Shown: positions 1-7,410 of the stretch, piece by piece
Layout: each line of letters opens with the position of its first letter
Position numbering within the stretch: the stretch's first letter is position 1
Virus record (IMG/VR): IMGVR_UViG_3300035670_013237
Span: 60,001-92,000 of that record
Source of the DNA: a virus
Length of the DNA stretch: 32,000 bases
Reading direction: 5' to 3' (one strand)
Program-made: the position numbers and the translations under genes
Notes under the pieces: model-generated
Told to the model about the DNA's origin: nothing
Database searches by the model: none
Seen by the model: the letters and a program-made list of their open reading frames with translations, nothing else

Positions 1-546
1 GCGCACATTGAGCTCTACAAGGGCTATGTCGAATCGCTGAATGACGTTTCATCGAAGCTGGACACTGCGGACAAGAACGAGGCTAATTCCCGGCACTCAA
101 ACTTTCGCTCGTTGAAGCTCGATGAAGCGTACAACCTCAATGCAGTGTGGCTCCACGAGCTGCATTTCGCAAATTGCTTCGATCCCCACAGTGAGATTGT
201 GATGGATTCGATTGCTTACCTTAAGCTCCAGCGGGACTTCGGCACGTTCGATGACTGGCAGCGTGACTTCATCGCGACTGCAATGTCAGCGGGCAACGGC
301 TGGGCCGTGTGCGGATACCACACGTTCTTGAAGCGCTACGTTAACATGGTCGTTAGCCACCACAGTGGGGACGTGATGCTGGGCGTGTACCCGACGATTG
401 TCGTCGACATGTGGGAGCATGCATACGCTCGTGATTACCTCACTGACAAGAAGACATATCTCGTGTCGAGAATGCGCGAATTTAACTGGACAGTCATCGA
501 TGACAGATTCAAGCGGGCGGAAGCCATCGCAGGGGCGGTGAAGTGA
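1..546 (+). CDS. Fe/Mn superoxide dismutase-like protein (5' end cut by window edge)
   Basis: Frame 1 is open from base 1 (AHIELYKGYVESLN...). DMWEHAYARDY matches the D-x-W-E-H-A-Y-Y ligand signature of Fe/Mn SODs; YNLNAVWLHELHF aligns with the FN.GGH.NH..FW helix. Confidence 0.75.
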   Translation, partial: AHIELYKGYVESLNDVSSKLDTADKNEANSRHSNFRSLKLDEAYNLNAVWLHELHFANCFDPHSEIVMDSIAYLKLQRDFGTFDDWQRDFIATAMSAGNGWAVCGYHTFLKRYVNMVVSHHSGDVMLGVYPTIVVDMWEHAYARDYLTDKKTYLVSRMREFNWTVIDDRFKRAEAIAGAVK

Positions 547-547
547 T

Positions 548-1135
548 ATGAGACGAAATGGTCCAAAGCAACAGTGGAAGCGCCTCGTAGAGCAACTGCG
601 TCGCAATCTTCGTGAGGCCGATGAAAAAGATGCGAAGGAGCCTGGTGAGGACTCCCTCGACAACCAGATTGACAGGCTCTTTTCTGATTATGAATCAGAG
701 GCGAAGTCTGTCAAGGCTGAGGGCTTAGACTGGCGCCGCACCGTGCGTAGAATCCTAGAAGCTGAGGGTGACGAAGAAGAAGGTGAAGAAGAGAAGCAGG
801 ATGATGCGGACGAGGAGGGTGCTGAAGAAGAGCCTGAGGAGCCTAAGAAGCTGACAGCTGATGATATTCAGGTCGAGGACTTCCTCGAGGGTGTCATGCG
901 CCTCGTCGACAACTACGATTCACTTCTCGAAGTGAGGAACACGATTCTACGTCGCGCGGTCAATTTTCTCAACAAGAGCTATGAGCCTGACGTCATCACA
1001 CAGTTCAAAGATGCTCTCCGCGAGAATTATGGCTTTGACATCGGTAAGTCCGTGCAGGACGTGCGGGATGAGCAGTTCCCAGCGCCTCCGGCTGATCGTG
1101 CAGGTGGGACAGGCGGGGGCGGCGGCGGCGTGTAA
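548..1135 (+). CDS. hypothetical acidic protein (E/D-rich centre, Gly-rich C-terminus)
   Basis: ATG one nt after the upstream TGA; 195-aa ORF with an EGDEEEGEEEKQDDADEEGAEEEPEE tract, ending GGTGGGGGGV. No recognisable domain. Confidence 0.6.
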   Translation: MRRNGPKQQWKRLVEQLRRNLREADEKDAKEPGEDSLDNQIDRLFSDYESEAKSVKAEGLDWRRTVRRILEAEGDEEEGEEEKQDDADEEGAEEEPEEPKKLTADDIQVEDFLEGVMRLVDNYDSLLEVRNTILRRAVNFLNKSYEPDVITQFKDALRENYGFDIGKSVQDVRDEQFPAPPADRAGGTGGGGGGV

Positions 1136-1431
1136 TGAGATCTGATCTGTTTCAAAAGCGCAAATGCGTTCACGTGAAGCTGGAGAAAGAGATCCATGCG
1201 GCCCTCCGTGCGAAGCTCTTCCAGTATAACATCTCAATGCAAGAAGTTTTTGACGAGTTCGCGAAGCAGGTCGCGGAAGGCACGAGGCCAGCCAATAACA
1301 TTGTAGAAACTGTGACAAAACGCAAGTTGCGCGAGGCACTTGAGGGTCGCCCCAAGAAAAAATATGATGGTTTTGGTGAACTTGATAGTGAACTACTTTA
1401 CAATCTGATCAATGGAAAGAATGAAAAATAA
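1135..1431 (+). CDS. hypothetical small protein, possibly ribbon-helix-helix-like
   Basis: TAATG overlap with the upstream stop. VHVKLEKEIHAALRAKLFQYNISMQEVFDEFAKQVA has a strand-helix-helix pattern; the fold assignment is only a guess. Confidence 0.5.
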   Translation: MRSDLFQKRKCVHVKLEKEIHAALRAKLFQYNISMQEVFDEFAKQVAEGTRPANNIVETVTKRKLREALEGRPKKKYDGFGELDSELLYNLINGKNEK

Positions 1432-1720
1432 TGCCTCTGCTGATGAGACTTCATTTTTAGAGAAGCTCTTCGAAAAGTTGCTTGAGTCATCATCAACATT
1501 CAAGCAGCTCAACGAGAGCTTCTTTACGATCATCTCAAAGCTCGCACAGCTAGCTGAGACCGTGATTGATCTGGTTCAAACTGTCAAAGCGCAGCAGGTT
1601 GCAATCTCTGAGTTGTATGAGCTGCAGGATCTTGCGCTGCGGCGCATGAAAGATTTAGCGGGGGGCCCTGACATCAAGAGTTTTCCGCTTCGGGAGAAGA
1701 AAGATGAAAAGCTTAACTAA
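1412..1720 (+). CDS. hypothetical coiled-coil protein (start 1412 or 1421)
   Basis: 102-aa ORF overlapping the end of the previous gene; heptad-like helical sequence; no motif recognised. Confidence 0.5.
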   Translation: MERMKNNASADETSFLEKLFEKLLESSSTFKQLNESFFTIISKLAQLAETVIDLVQTVKAQQVAISELYELQDLALRRMKDLAGGPDIKSFPLREKKDEKLN

Positions 1721-2114
1721 TTTTATCAAAAAGTTGTTCTTAAGTGCCAAGAAAAATTGGCAAATTTTGCTCCTTGTACTAGGCACAATATTTGCTTACA
1801 TTTTTTTTCGAAGGCAAGAAGTGAACTTCGATGCACGTTTGAACGATATTCGTAAGGCTCATGGACAGCAACTTCAGGAAATACAAGATGCACATGCTGA
1901 TGAAATAAAGCGAAGGCAGGAGAATGAGCGGCTCTTGAAGATCGCTCTGGAAGAAATTCAGAAGAAGTACGGCGAGGCAATGAAGAAGCTCGATGAGAAG
2001 AAAAAGAAGGAAATCAAGAAGATCGTCGAGGAGCACGGCCGCGACCCCGAAGCACTCGCCGATAGGCTCTCGTCTGCGACTGGATTCAAGATTGTTCTAC
2101 CCCTGGAGGATTGA
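1704..2114 (+). CDS. membrane-anchored coiled-coil protein (N-terminal TM)
   Basis: GGGAGAAG SD before ATG 1704. WQILLLVLGTIFAYIFF is a hydrophobic segment, followed by a K/E-rich helical region. Confidence 0.6.
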   Translation: MKSLTNFIKKLFLSAKKNWQILLLVLGTIFAYIFFRRQEVNFDARLNDIRKAHGQQLQEIQDAHADEIKRRQENERLLKIALEEIQKKYGEAMKKLDEKKKKEIKKIVEEHGRDPEALADRLSSATGFKIVLPLED

Positions 2115-2116
2115 TT

Positions 2117-2635
2117 ATGAAGAAGAAGCTGGTCTCAATTTTGCTCTCGTTCACCATGCCATTCTATGGAATTGCCCGGGCCGAGGAATCCACACCCAAA
2201 GAAAATATTAGCCTTCCAAAGATGGAAACCCCTGTGGGTGAAGTTGACCCGGGGGAAGCCATCAGTCCCTTGAAGAGGGGCCAACGTGCGCCTTTCACAG
2301 GTGTGCATCTGTCTCCTGCTGCTGTCGCACGAATCATTGTCGAGCTTGAGTCCTTCCCCGAGAAACTGGGCATTGAACAGGCACGACTTCGTGATGAGCT
2401 GAACGCACAGTGCAAAAAGCTGGTGGACGATGAAAAGACTTCGCATGAGACAACAAAGAGGACCACAGATGCCCAGCACAAGTCTGACATGGTTGAGATC
2501 AAAAACCTGACAGAGCAGCTTGAACAAGAGAAGAAGAATCGCTCCAATGTATATCTTTGGGCAGGCGTAGGCGTCATGAGTGGCATCGGTATCACACTTT
2601 TGACAGTATATGCTGTCAACAAAGCTTCTGAGTGA
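2117..2635 (+). CDS. exported/membrane protein with signal peptide and C-terminal TM
   Basis: GGAGGA SD 6 nt before ATG 2117. MKKKLVSILLSFTMPFYGIARA is signal-like; coiled-coil middle; VYLWAGVGVMSGIGITLLTVYAV is a C-terminal TM. Confidence 0.65.
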   Translation: MKKKLVSILLSFTMPFYGIARAEESTPKENISLPKMETPVGEVDPGEAISPLKRGQRAPFTGVHLSPAAVARIIVELESFPEKLGIEQARLRDELNAQCKKLVDDEKTSHETTKRTTDAQHKSDMVEIKNLTEQLEQEKKNRSNVYLWAGVGVMSGIGITLLTVYAVNKASE

Positions 2636-2677
2636 TGTAGCACATATTTATGCTTGCTTTTTGATGGAGAAGATACA

Positions 2678-2986
2678 ATGTCAGAGCAAGCTAAAAATGT
2701 TGAAGAGGCTAAGAAAGAGCGCCCCAAGAAGACTACACCTTGGTACTGGATGCGTAATGACAAGGGGCAGGCTTCGATTACTGCCACGATGGTTTTCATT
2801 TCTTTTTGGGTGACGACACTCGCATACCTTGCCTCCACCGTGAACAAGGTTGGTGATCTTGAGATTCGCTCATTCGATGTTGCTGCCTGCACAGCTTATT
2901 TTGTCCCGATCCTGACGCTCTACTTCGGTCGTAAGTGGACTGACTCTAAGAATTCACAGAAAGATGACGATAAGTCGGAGGCATGA
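2678..2986 (+). CDS. small two-TM membrane protein (holin-like topology, unproven)
   Basis: GGAGAAG SD before ATG 2678. Two hydrophobic segments: ITATMVFISFWVTTLAYLAS and VAACTAYFVPILTLYF. Confidence 0.55.
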   Translation: MSEQAKNVEEAKKERPKKTTPWYWMRNDKGQASITATMVFISFWVTTLAYLASTVNKVGDLEIRSFDVAACTAYFVPILTLYFGRKWTDSKNSQKDDDKSEA

Positions 2987-2987
2987 C

Positions 2988-3773
2988 ATGCGAAAGGTGA
3001 CTGTCACTGAGAATGCCATAAGAGAGCTCATTCGCGGTGCATTTGATGGTAGGGGAATGAGGCTCCTAGAAAAATTGGCGGACCCACAGCCTATCAAGGT
3101 GAATGATGTCGTCGACCCATCAGCGGCAGTGACTGATCCGGACAACGAGGACTTTCGTCCGACGACCCCCGCTGAGTTCCAAGTTGCCGTAAAAACTTTG
3201 GTCGAAGAGCTGCCGAGCGATAAGATCGCAGATACATATGAGAAGCTTGTCAAAGCTTTAAACCAACCTGAAGATAAGGATAAGAAGATGAAGAAAGACA
3301 CAAAGGCAGAAGCGTTCGTGAGATCTCTTGTGCGCAGGACGATAAATGAGAGTCTGGAAGATGAGATGCCTCTTCCAAAGGTACCGCGCAAGTATGCTGG
3401 TGCGGTGAACACCCCTGGTGGTGGTCTCGAAGCCATTGCGAAGAGATTCGGTCTATCAACCTCAGGAGCGAAGGGTGCTGTTGATAAGGCCCTCTCCAAA
3501 GCGCAGTGGTCCGCATCAATGCAGTTCGGCTCCCCTGAGGAGATGGAAGAGATTGTCCTCACTGCCGTGAAGGACTACATCGATTTCCTGAAGGGCTCTG
3601 GTGAGCTTGAGCCCGCTGAGGTCAAGCTCCTGAAGGACAACCCAGGCATCGTGAGCTCTCTTGATGGATTCCGCGAATTTCTTCACAGTTACATCAAGCG
3701 CGCGCGCAAGCAGCGCCCTGAGGGTGTACCGATGAAGAAGGGCGACATTCCCTGGACCAATCGCGGCGAGTGA
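2988..3773 (+). CDS. hypothetical protein, loose member of the N-terminal leader family
   Basis: GGAGG SD 7 nt before ATG 2988, just after the upstream TGA (2984-2986). Starts MRKVTVTENAIRELIRGAF. Confidence 0.65.
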   Translation: MRKVTVTENAIRELIRGAFDGRGMRLLEKLADPQPIKVNDVVDPSAAVTDPDNEDFRPTTPAEFQVAVKTLVEELPSDKIADTYEKLVKALNQPEDKDKKMKKDTKAEAFVRSLVRRTINESLEDEMPLPKVPRKYAGAVNTPGGGLEAIAKRFGLSTSGAKGAVDKALSKAQWSASMQFGSPEEMEEIVLTAVKDYIDFLKGSGELEPAEVKLLKDNPGIVSSLDGFREFLHSYIKRARKQRPEGVPMKKGDIPWTNRGE

Positions 3774-4531
3774 ATGACATGAAGCGAGAGATTGTCGCTG
3801 CGGTTCAATTTGAACCTAAAATACTTGACGTGGACCAGAACCTGGCCACGGCTCAGCAGCTTGCTTTTGAGGCCGCTGCGAAGGGTGCTCGCGTCATCGT
3901 ATTGCCAGAGTTATGCACTTCTGGTAATGTTTTTAAGAATGCCAGAGAAGCTGTCGACTGTGCACAAGAAAAAGGCGGCTATCAAACTGCCGGATTCTTG
4001 CCCATCGCTCGCCGCTTCAATTGCTACATAGCCTTCGGGTATCCTGAGCTCTGCGACGGTAAGCTGTACAACTCAGCTGCCGTCGTTGGACCAGATGGTG
4101 TCGTTGGTAACTGCCAGAAGCACAATCTCTGGGGTTCTGATAATCTCTGGGCGCAGCCCTCCGAGCAGCTGCACCCGGTGATTATGACGCCTGTGGGACG
4201 CCTTGGAGTCCTCATCTGCAGGGATTCTGCGAACAAGTTTAGAGAATCTTACCGATTCTATAAGCCTGGGCAGAAATTCTACTCGATGGGCTCAGTCGAC
4301 ACGATAGCTCTGCTGACAAATTGGGGAATGCAGTATGGTTATCCTGACGCAGCATGGGTCGACCTCGCAGAGCAGACAGGCGCCAACGTCATCGTTTCTA
4401 ACAGGATCGGGAAAGAGCGTGACTTGAAGTTCAAGGGTGGCTCTTGTGTCATTGATAGAGATCGTCGTATTTGGACGAATGGATCCTCGTTCACCGAGGC
4501 AGCCGTCGTCGGCGGAGCTGTCCTGCTGTGA
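3770..4531 (+). CDS. carbon-nitrogen hydrolase (nitrilase superfamily)
   Basis: The E-K-C triad contexts are present: VIVLPELCTSG, GNCQKHNLW, GVLICRDS. Start is GTG 3770 (overlapping the upstream TGA) or ATG 3779. Confidence 0.8.
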   Translation: MNDMKREIVAAVQFEPKILDVDQNLATAQQLAFEAAAKGARVIVLPELCTSGNVFKNAREAVDCAQEKGGYQTAGFLPIARRFNCYIAFGYPELCDGKLYNSAAVVGPDGVVGNCQKHNLWGSDNLWAQPSEQLHPVIMTPVGRLGVLICRDSANKFRESYRFYKPGQKFYSMGSVDTIALLTNWGMQYGYPDAAWVDLAEQTGANVIVSNRIGKERDLKFKGGSCVIDRDRRIWTNGSSFTEAAVVGGAVLL

Positions 4532-4923
4532 AGTTGACTAAACTACACGAAGAATTCATTGAAGCCTCGAAGCGGCCGATGCAGCTCGGTCGCCTGCCAG
4601 TTTCTGCCCGTGAGGCCGAGCTGCCCGTGATTCCCATGAACCGGTGGCGCCTCGAAGGCAGTCCAAGTGCCCTCACGAAGACATTTGGCTTCATGCGAAA
4701 GGGCGACAGGAACAAGATGCTGGAGGCACTCTTTGATCACGAAGATGCGACGCAGCACCATGCAGTCATCACGATCGAAGAAGACACACTGAAGATCTCT
4801 CTCCTGACGAAGAATGTGGAGCAGGTAACGGAGCTCGACAAGGAGTACGCAAAGTTCGCGGACCAAGCGTACAAAGACGTCGTCTATGCGCCGAATCTCG
4901 ATCACCTCAAGGGCTACATGTGA
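4528..4923 (+). CDS. pterin-4a-carbinolamine dehydratase (PCD/DCoH)-like protein
   Basis: GTGA start-stop overlap with the nitrilase gene. W.L......LTKTFGF......ML..........QHHAVITIEEDTLKISLLTKN...VTELD resembles the PCD fold signature (HHP...v.i.l.T...g.t..D). Confidence 0.5.
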   Translation: MKLTKLHEEFIEASKRPMQLGRLPVSAREAELPVIPMNRWRLEGSPSALTKTFGFMRKGDRNKMLEALFDHEDATQHHAVITIEEDTLKISLLTKNVEQVTELDKEYAKFADQAYKDVVYAPNLDHLKGYM

Positions 4924-4929
4924 TATTAT
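4921..4929 (+). promoter_or_regulatory. extended -10 promoter element TGATATTAT, 6 nt upstream of ATG 4936
   Basis: TGnTATTAT at 4921-4929, then acttca, then ATG. No SD present and no clear -35. Confidence 0.35.
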
Positions 4930-4935
4930 ACTTCA

Positions 4936-5325
4936 ATGAGAGCCATTGAAGATAATCCCAGCTTGCTCTTGAGCGATTCACTCCAAGACAATATGTCAGA
5001 TTTTGGAATACCTGCAATACAGGACAGGTTCATTCTGTCCACCCTCAGTGTGCTTGTCAACGAAATTGCCGAAAAGGTTGTGGGCAGCGTCGTCGCATAC
5101 ACGGCAGGTGCCGATGAGTGCCTGTTAGAGACTAAAATATTCGTTGGTGATGCGTTCAGCCTCCTAGAAGTGTGGACTTCTGTGCGGCTGGAGAAATACG
5201 AATTATGTCTTGGGGAAAATATCATTGAATTTTTGGGTCCATTTTCTGTGGCCTCTATCGCCATCAGAGACATTGATACGACACGACAGTTGTGTGTATT
5301 AGAGTTGAAGTTGCGCAAAGTTTGA
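4936..5325 (+). CDS. hypothetical protein
   Basis: 129-aa ORF co-oriented with its neighbours and preceded by an extended -10. The antisense ORF 4926-5318 is S/R/N-rich and less protein-like. Confidence 0.45.
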   Translation: MRAIEDNPSLLLSDSLQDNMSDFGIPAIQDRFILSTLSVLVNEIAEKVVGSVVAYTAGADECLLETKIFVGDAFSLLEVWTSVRLEKYELCLGENIIEFLGPFSVASIAIRDIDTTRQLCVLELKLRKV

Positions 5326-5352
5326 CCTATTTACTTGTCATGGAGCCGCGTC

Positions 5353-5595
5353 ATGCGAAAAAAAATCTACGAAAATAAAGCCTGCAAGTGTGGTGAAGAT
5401 TGTGAGTGTGGTGAGGACTGCCCGTGCCATGATGCCAAAAATGAGAGTGCACAAGTCTTTGCCTTCGATAAGTTCATGGATACGATCGTCCTGAGCGAGT
5501 CGAAGCGCACACATACAGGTGATTCCCCTATTCGCGAGCGGGCGAGGCGCCACCAAGAGCGCCCACTCGGTCGCATTCGATTTGGAGGCAAATAA
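5353..5595 (+). CDS. small Cys-rich (metallothionein-like motif) protein
   Basis: MRKKIYENKACKCGEDCECGEDCPCHD has six Cys plus a His within 17 residues and a tandem CGEDC unit. ATG 5353 is preferred over TTG 5335. Confidence 0.5.
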   Translation: MRKKIYENKACKCGEDCECGEDCPCHDAKNESAQVFAFDKFMDTIVLSESKRTHTGDSPIRERARRHQERPLGRIRFGGK

Positions 5596-6131
5596 TGGAC
5601 TTTCATGCAAAGTCAGGCAGGAGCCTCAGCGGGCTCTTATCCTCAGTGATCAATGAGAGTGTGAGGTCCGCGAAGCGCGCCTTGCGTGAGCAGGACGAAG
5701 AAGACCCAGGCAAAGAAACACAAAAACCTGCTCCACTGCCTGATGAAGACAAGCAGGCACTGCAGACGGGCGACGTGGACGTCGACGACGTGATCGAGAA
5801 GATGAACACGATAAGGTCCGGGCGCTCTTTCAAGGATGAGAGTGTCAAGGCGAATATGGAGCAGTACGTCAACAAGCTGTCGAAGGCTGAGAAGACCGCA
5901 CTGTTCGCGTTCCTCAAGGCAATCTCACAAATCGTCGTCGCGGAGCTACCCTCCACTGACGCAGTCGACCCATCAGAGAAGCCCTCGAACATCAAGATGG
6001 AGAAGGGGAACCAAGTTCAAAAGAGAACCATCAAACCCAATGTCATCAAAATGGAGACTCCAAAAGTGAGCAAGGGGCCTTCTGCTGAGGACACTTCAGC
6101 TCCTGTGCCTATTTCTCCAAAGAAAAAGTGA
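5595..6131 (+). CDS. hypothetical protein (charged, low complexity)
   Basis: TAATG overlap with the upstream stop; 178-aa ORF; no domain recognised. Confidence 0.55.
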   Translation: MDFHAKSGRSLSGLLSSVINESVRSAKRALREQDEEDPGKETQKPAPLPDEDKQALQTGDVDVDDVIEKMNTIRSGRSFKDESVKANMEQYVNKLSKAEKTALFAFLKAISQIVVAELPSTDAVDPSEKPSNIKMEKGNQVQKRTIKPNVIKMETPKVSKGPSAEDTSAPVPISPKKK

Positions 6132-6161
6132 TTGTCCAGGGTGGCGTGTTTCGTATAAAAT
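6132..6161 (+). promoter_or_regulatory. sigma70-like promoter directly abutting ATG 6168
   Basis: TTGTCC (6132-6137), then TATAAA with a 16-nt spacer or TAAAAT with an 18-nt spacer. Only 6-8 nt remain before the ATG and there is no SD. Confidence 0.4.
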
Positions 6162-6167
6162 AAGCGC

Positions 6168-6401
6168 ATGCACAACAGCTTACTTGAAAAACGCATGGTG
6201 AAGCTTCCACGTGGGGGCGAACTCGAAGTTCAACTAACATCAGCAATTAGCGAAAGAATTAGGCAGCACTTCGGCCTCACAGGAGACCAGGCGATAGAAG
6301 ACGATCATGTGAGAATTTTTTTCTGGGGTGTCGTAAATAAAGCTATTGACGGGGCTGAGAGCGAGGTTAGAGATGGAGGAAGGCGAGAAATTAATAGCTG
6401 A
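6168..6401 (+). CDS. hypothetical protein
   Basis: 77-aa ORF immediately downstream of the promoter-like element. Confidence 0.5.
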   Translation: MHNSLLEKRMVKLPRGGELEVQLTSAISERIRQHFGLTGDQAIEDDHVRIFFWGVVNKAIDGAESEVRDGGRREINS

Positions 6402-6651
6402 ATTTGTTAGACTTTTAGCGGAGACGAAGCTTCGTGAGGCTGAGATCTCAGGCGGCCGCCGCGTCGCCTGGGGCTCACCTGAGCACATTGCTGACCTCGA
6501 ATCTCGAATCGCGGACCTGTCCAGCTGGCGCAATAAGCAGCGCCGCGGGTCTGAATCTCGAGCAAACTACGCGCGGGTGGTCTCAAAGCTGAAAGCCGAG
6601 CTTGCGTCTGCCCTTCGATTCGCTGCAAAGGCCGAAGCAAAAGAACGCTGA
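6373..6651 (+). CDS. hypothetical helical protein
   Basis: GAGG SD 6 nt before ATG 6373 (the TTG at 6346 is an alternative). Overlaps the upstream gene by 29 nt. Confidence 0.5.
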   Translation: MEEGEKLIAEFVRLLAETKLREAEISGGRRVAWGSPEHIADLESRIADLSSWRNKQRRGSESRANYARVVSKLKAELASALRFAAKAEAKER

Positions 6652-6666
6652 CAGGCAAAGTTATCA

Positions 6667-6695
6667 TGTCAACTTACACAATAGTGTTGTATGAT
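6667..6695 (+). promoter_or_regulatory. sigma70-like promoter TGTCAA-N17-TATGAT
   Basis: The -10 hexamer (6690-6695) contains the ATG at 6691, which argues that the NUDIX gene really starts at ATG 6706, 10 nt downstream. Confidence 0.4.
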
Positions 6696-6705
6696 AACCC
6701 TCAAT

Positions 6706-7149
6706 ATGAAGAAAAGACATACAAGTAGAAAGAGCACAATATCTTGCGGCACTGTGGTGTACCGTGGGTCGTGCTTCAATGAAGCTCAGATTTTATTGGT
6801 AAAACAATTTGCATCCAATGATGGTTGGGGAATTCCCAAGGGCCACATAAACCCAGAGGAATCCCTGGAAGACTGTGCGATAAGAGAGACCCGAGAAGAA
6901 ACAGGCATTGTCGTCAAGCTGGGCCAGCGCTTACAAAATGCGCGTGCAATTTATAAGACCGAAGAAAAGACTGTCGTGCCCTTCCTCGCGACGCAGGTGT
7001 GCACGGGTTCAATCAATTTTCGAGGAGCTGAATCCGAGGTCGTGGATGCGCAGTGGCACCGGGTCGATTCTCTCCCAAGAATTTATACGTACCAGCAGTC
7101 GATCGTCGAAGAGGCTCTCAGCATCTTGAGAGAGAAATTGGGTGTATGA
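6706..7149 (+). CDS. NUDIX hydrolase
   Basis: Complete Nudix box G-x5-E-x7-R-E-U-x-E-E-x-G-U: GHINPEESLEDCAIRETREETGI. ATG 6691 is an alternative start. Confidence 0.85.
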   Translation: MKKRHTSRKSTISCGTVVYRGSCFNEAQILLVKQFASNDGWGIPKGHINPEESLEDCAIRETREETGIVVKLGQRLQNARAIYKTEEKTVVPFLATQVCTGSINFRGAESEVVDAQWHRVDSLPRIYTYQQSIVEEALSILREKLGV

Positions 7150-7410
7150 ATGGAAGACCTGAGCGAGCGTATTCACGAAGCACTCAGCGAAGTTCATGCC
7201 TATGCGGGCCATGTCGACGACTGGATCACCATAAAGAAGGAAATCCTGAAGTCACTGCCTTCGCAAGAAAGGCGTGCCTTCAGCACACGACACCCAATCA
7301 CGAAGAAGCAGAGCATGAATGAGTTTGAGCGTAAGGTTGCCAACCAGTGGGAGGAATTAACTGGCCGGCCCGTGATATTTAAAGATCATGAAAAAGTCGA
7401 AAGAAGCTGA
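7150..7410 (+). CDS. hypothetical protein
   Basis: ATG directly follows the upstream TGA; 86-aa ORF. Confidence 0.5.
   Translation: MEDLSERIHEALSEVHAYAGHVDDWITIKKEILKSLPSQERRAFSTRHPITKKQSMNEFERKVANQWEELTGRPVIFKDHEKVERS

Noticed and set aside
286-663. 125-aa minus-strand ORF over the SOD-like gene
   Set aside because: The plus frame carries the unmistakable DMWEHAY SOD signature, so the antisense ORF is a by-product.
760-850. GAA/GAG-rich tract as a microsatellite or repeat element
   Set aside because: It is in frame and encodes the acidic EGDEEEGEEEKQDDADEEGAEEEPEE segment of a 195-aa ORF, so it is coding low complexity and not a non-coding repeat.
2164-2892. 242-aa minus-strand ORF spanning the 2117-2635 and 2678-2986 genes
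   Set aside because: It runs antisense across two SD-led plus-strand genes and an intergenic gap. It is S/C/F-rich low-complexity sequence with no motif or RBS, so it is a typical shadow ORF.
2954-3562. 202-aa minus-strand ORF antisense to the 2988-3773 gene
   Set aside because: Shadow of a plus-strand gene that has a good SD and the family leader. Its composition is Ser-rich and non-protein-like.
4926-5318. 130-aa minus-strand ORF as an alternative to the 4936-5325 plus ORF
   Set aside because: The plus ORF is co-directional with its neighbours and preceded by an extended -10 six nt from its ATG. The minus ORF is S/N/R-rich. Confidence in either remains modest.
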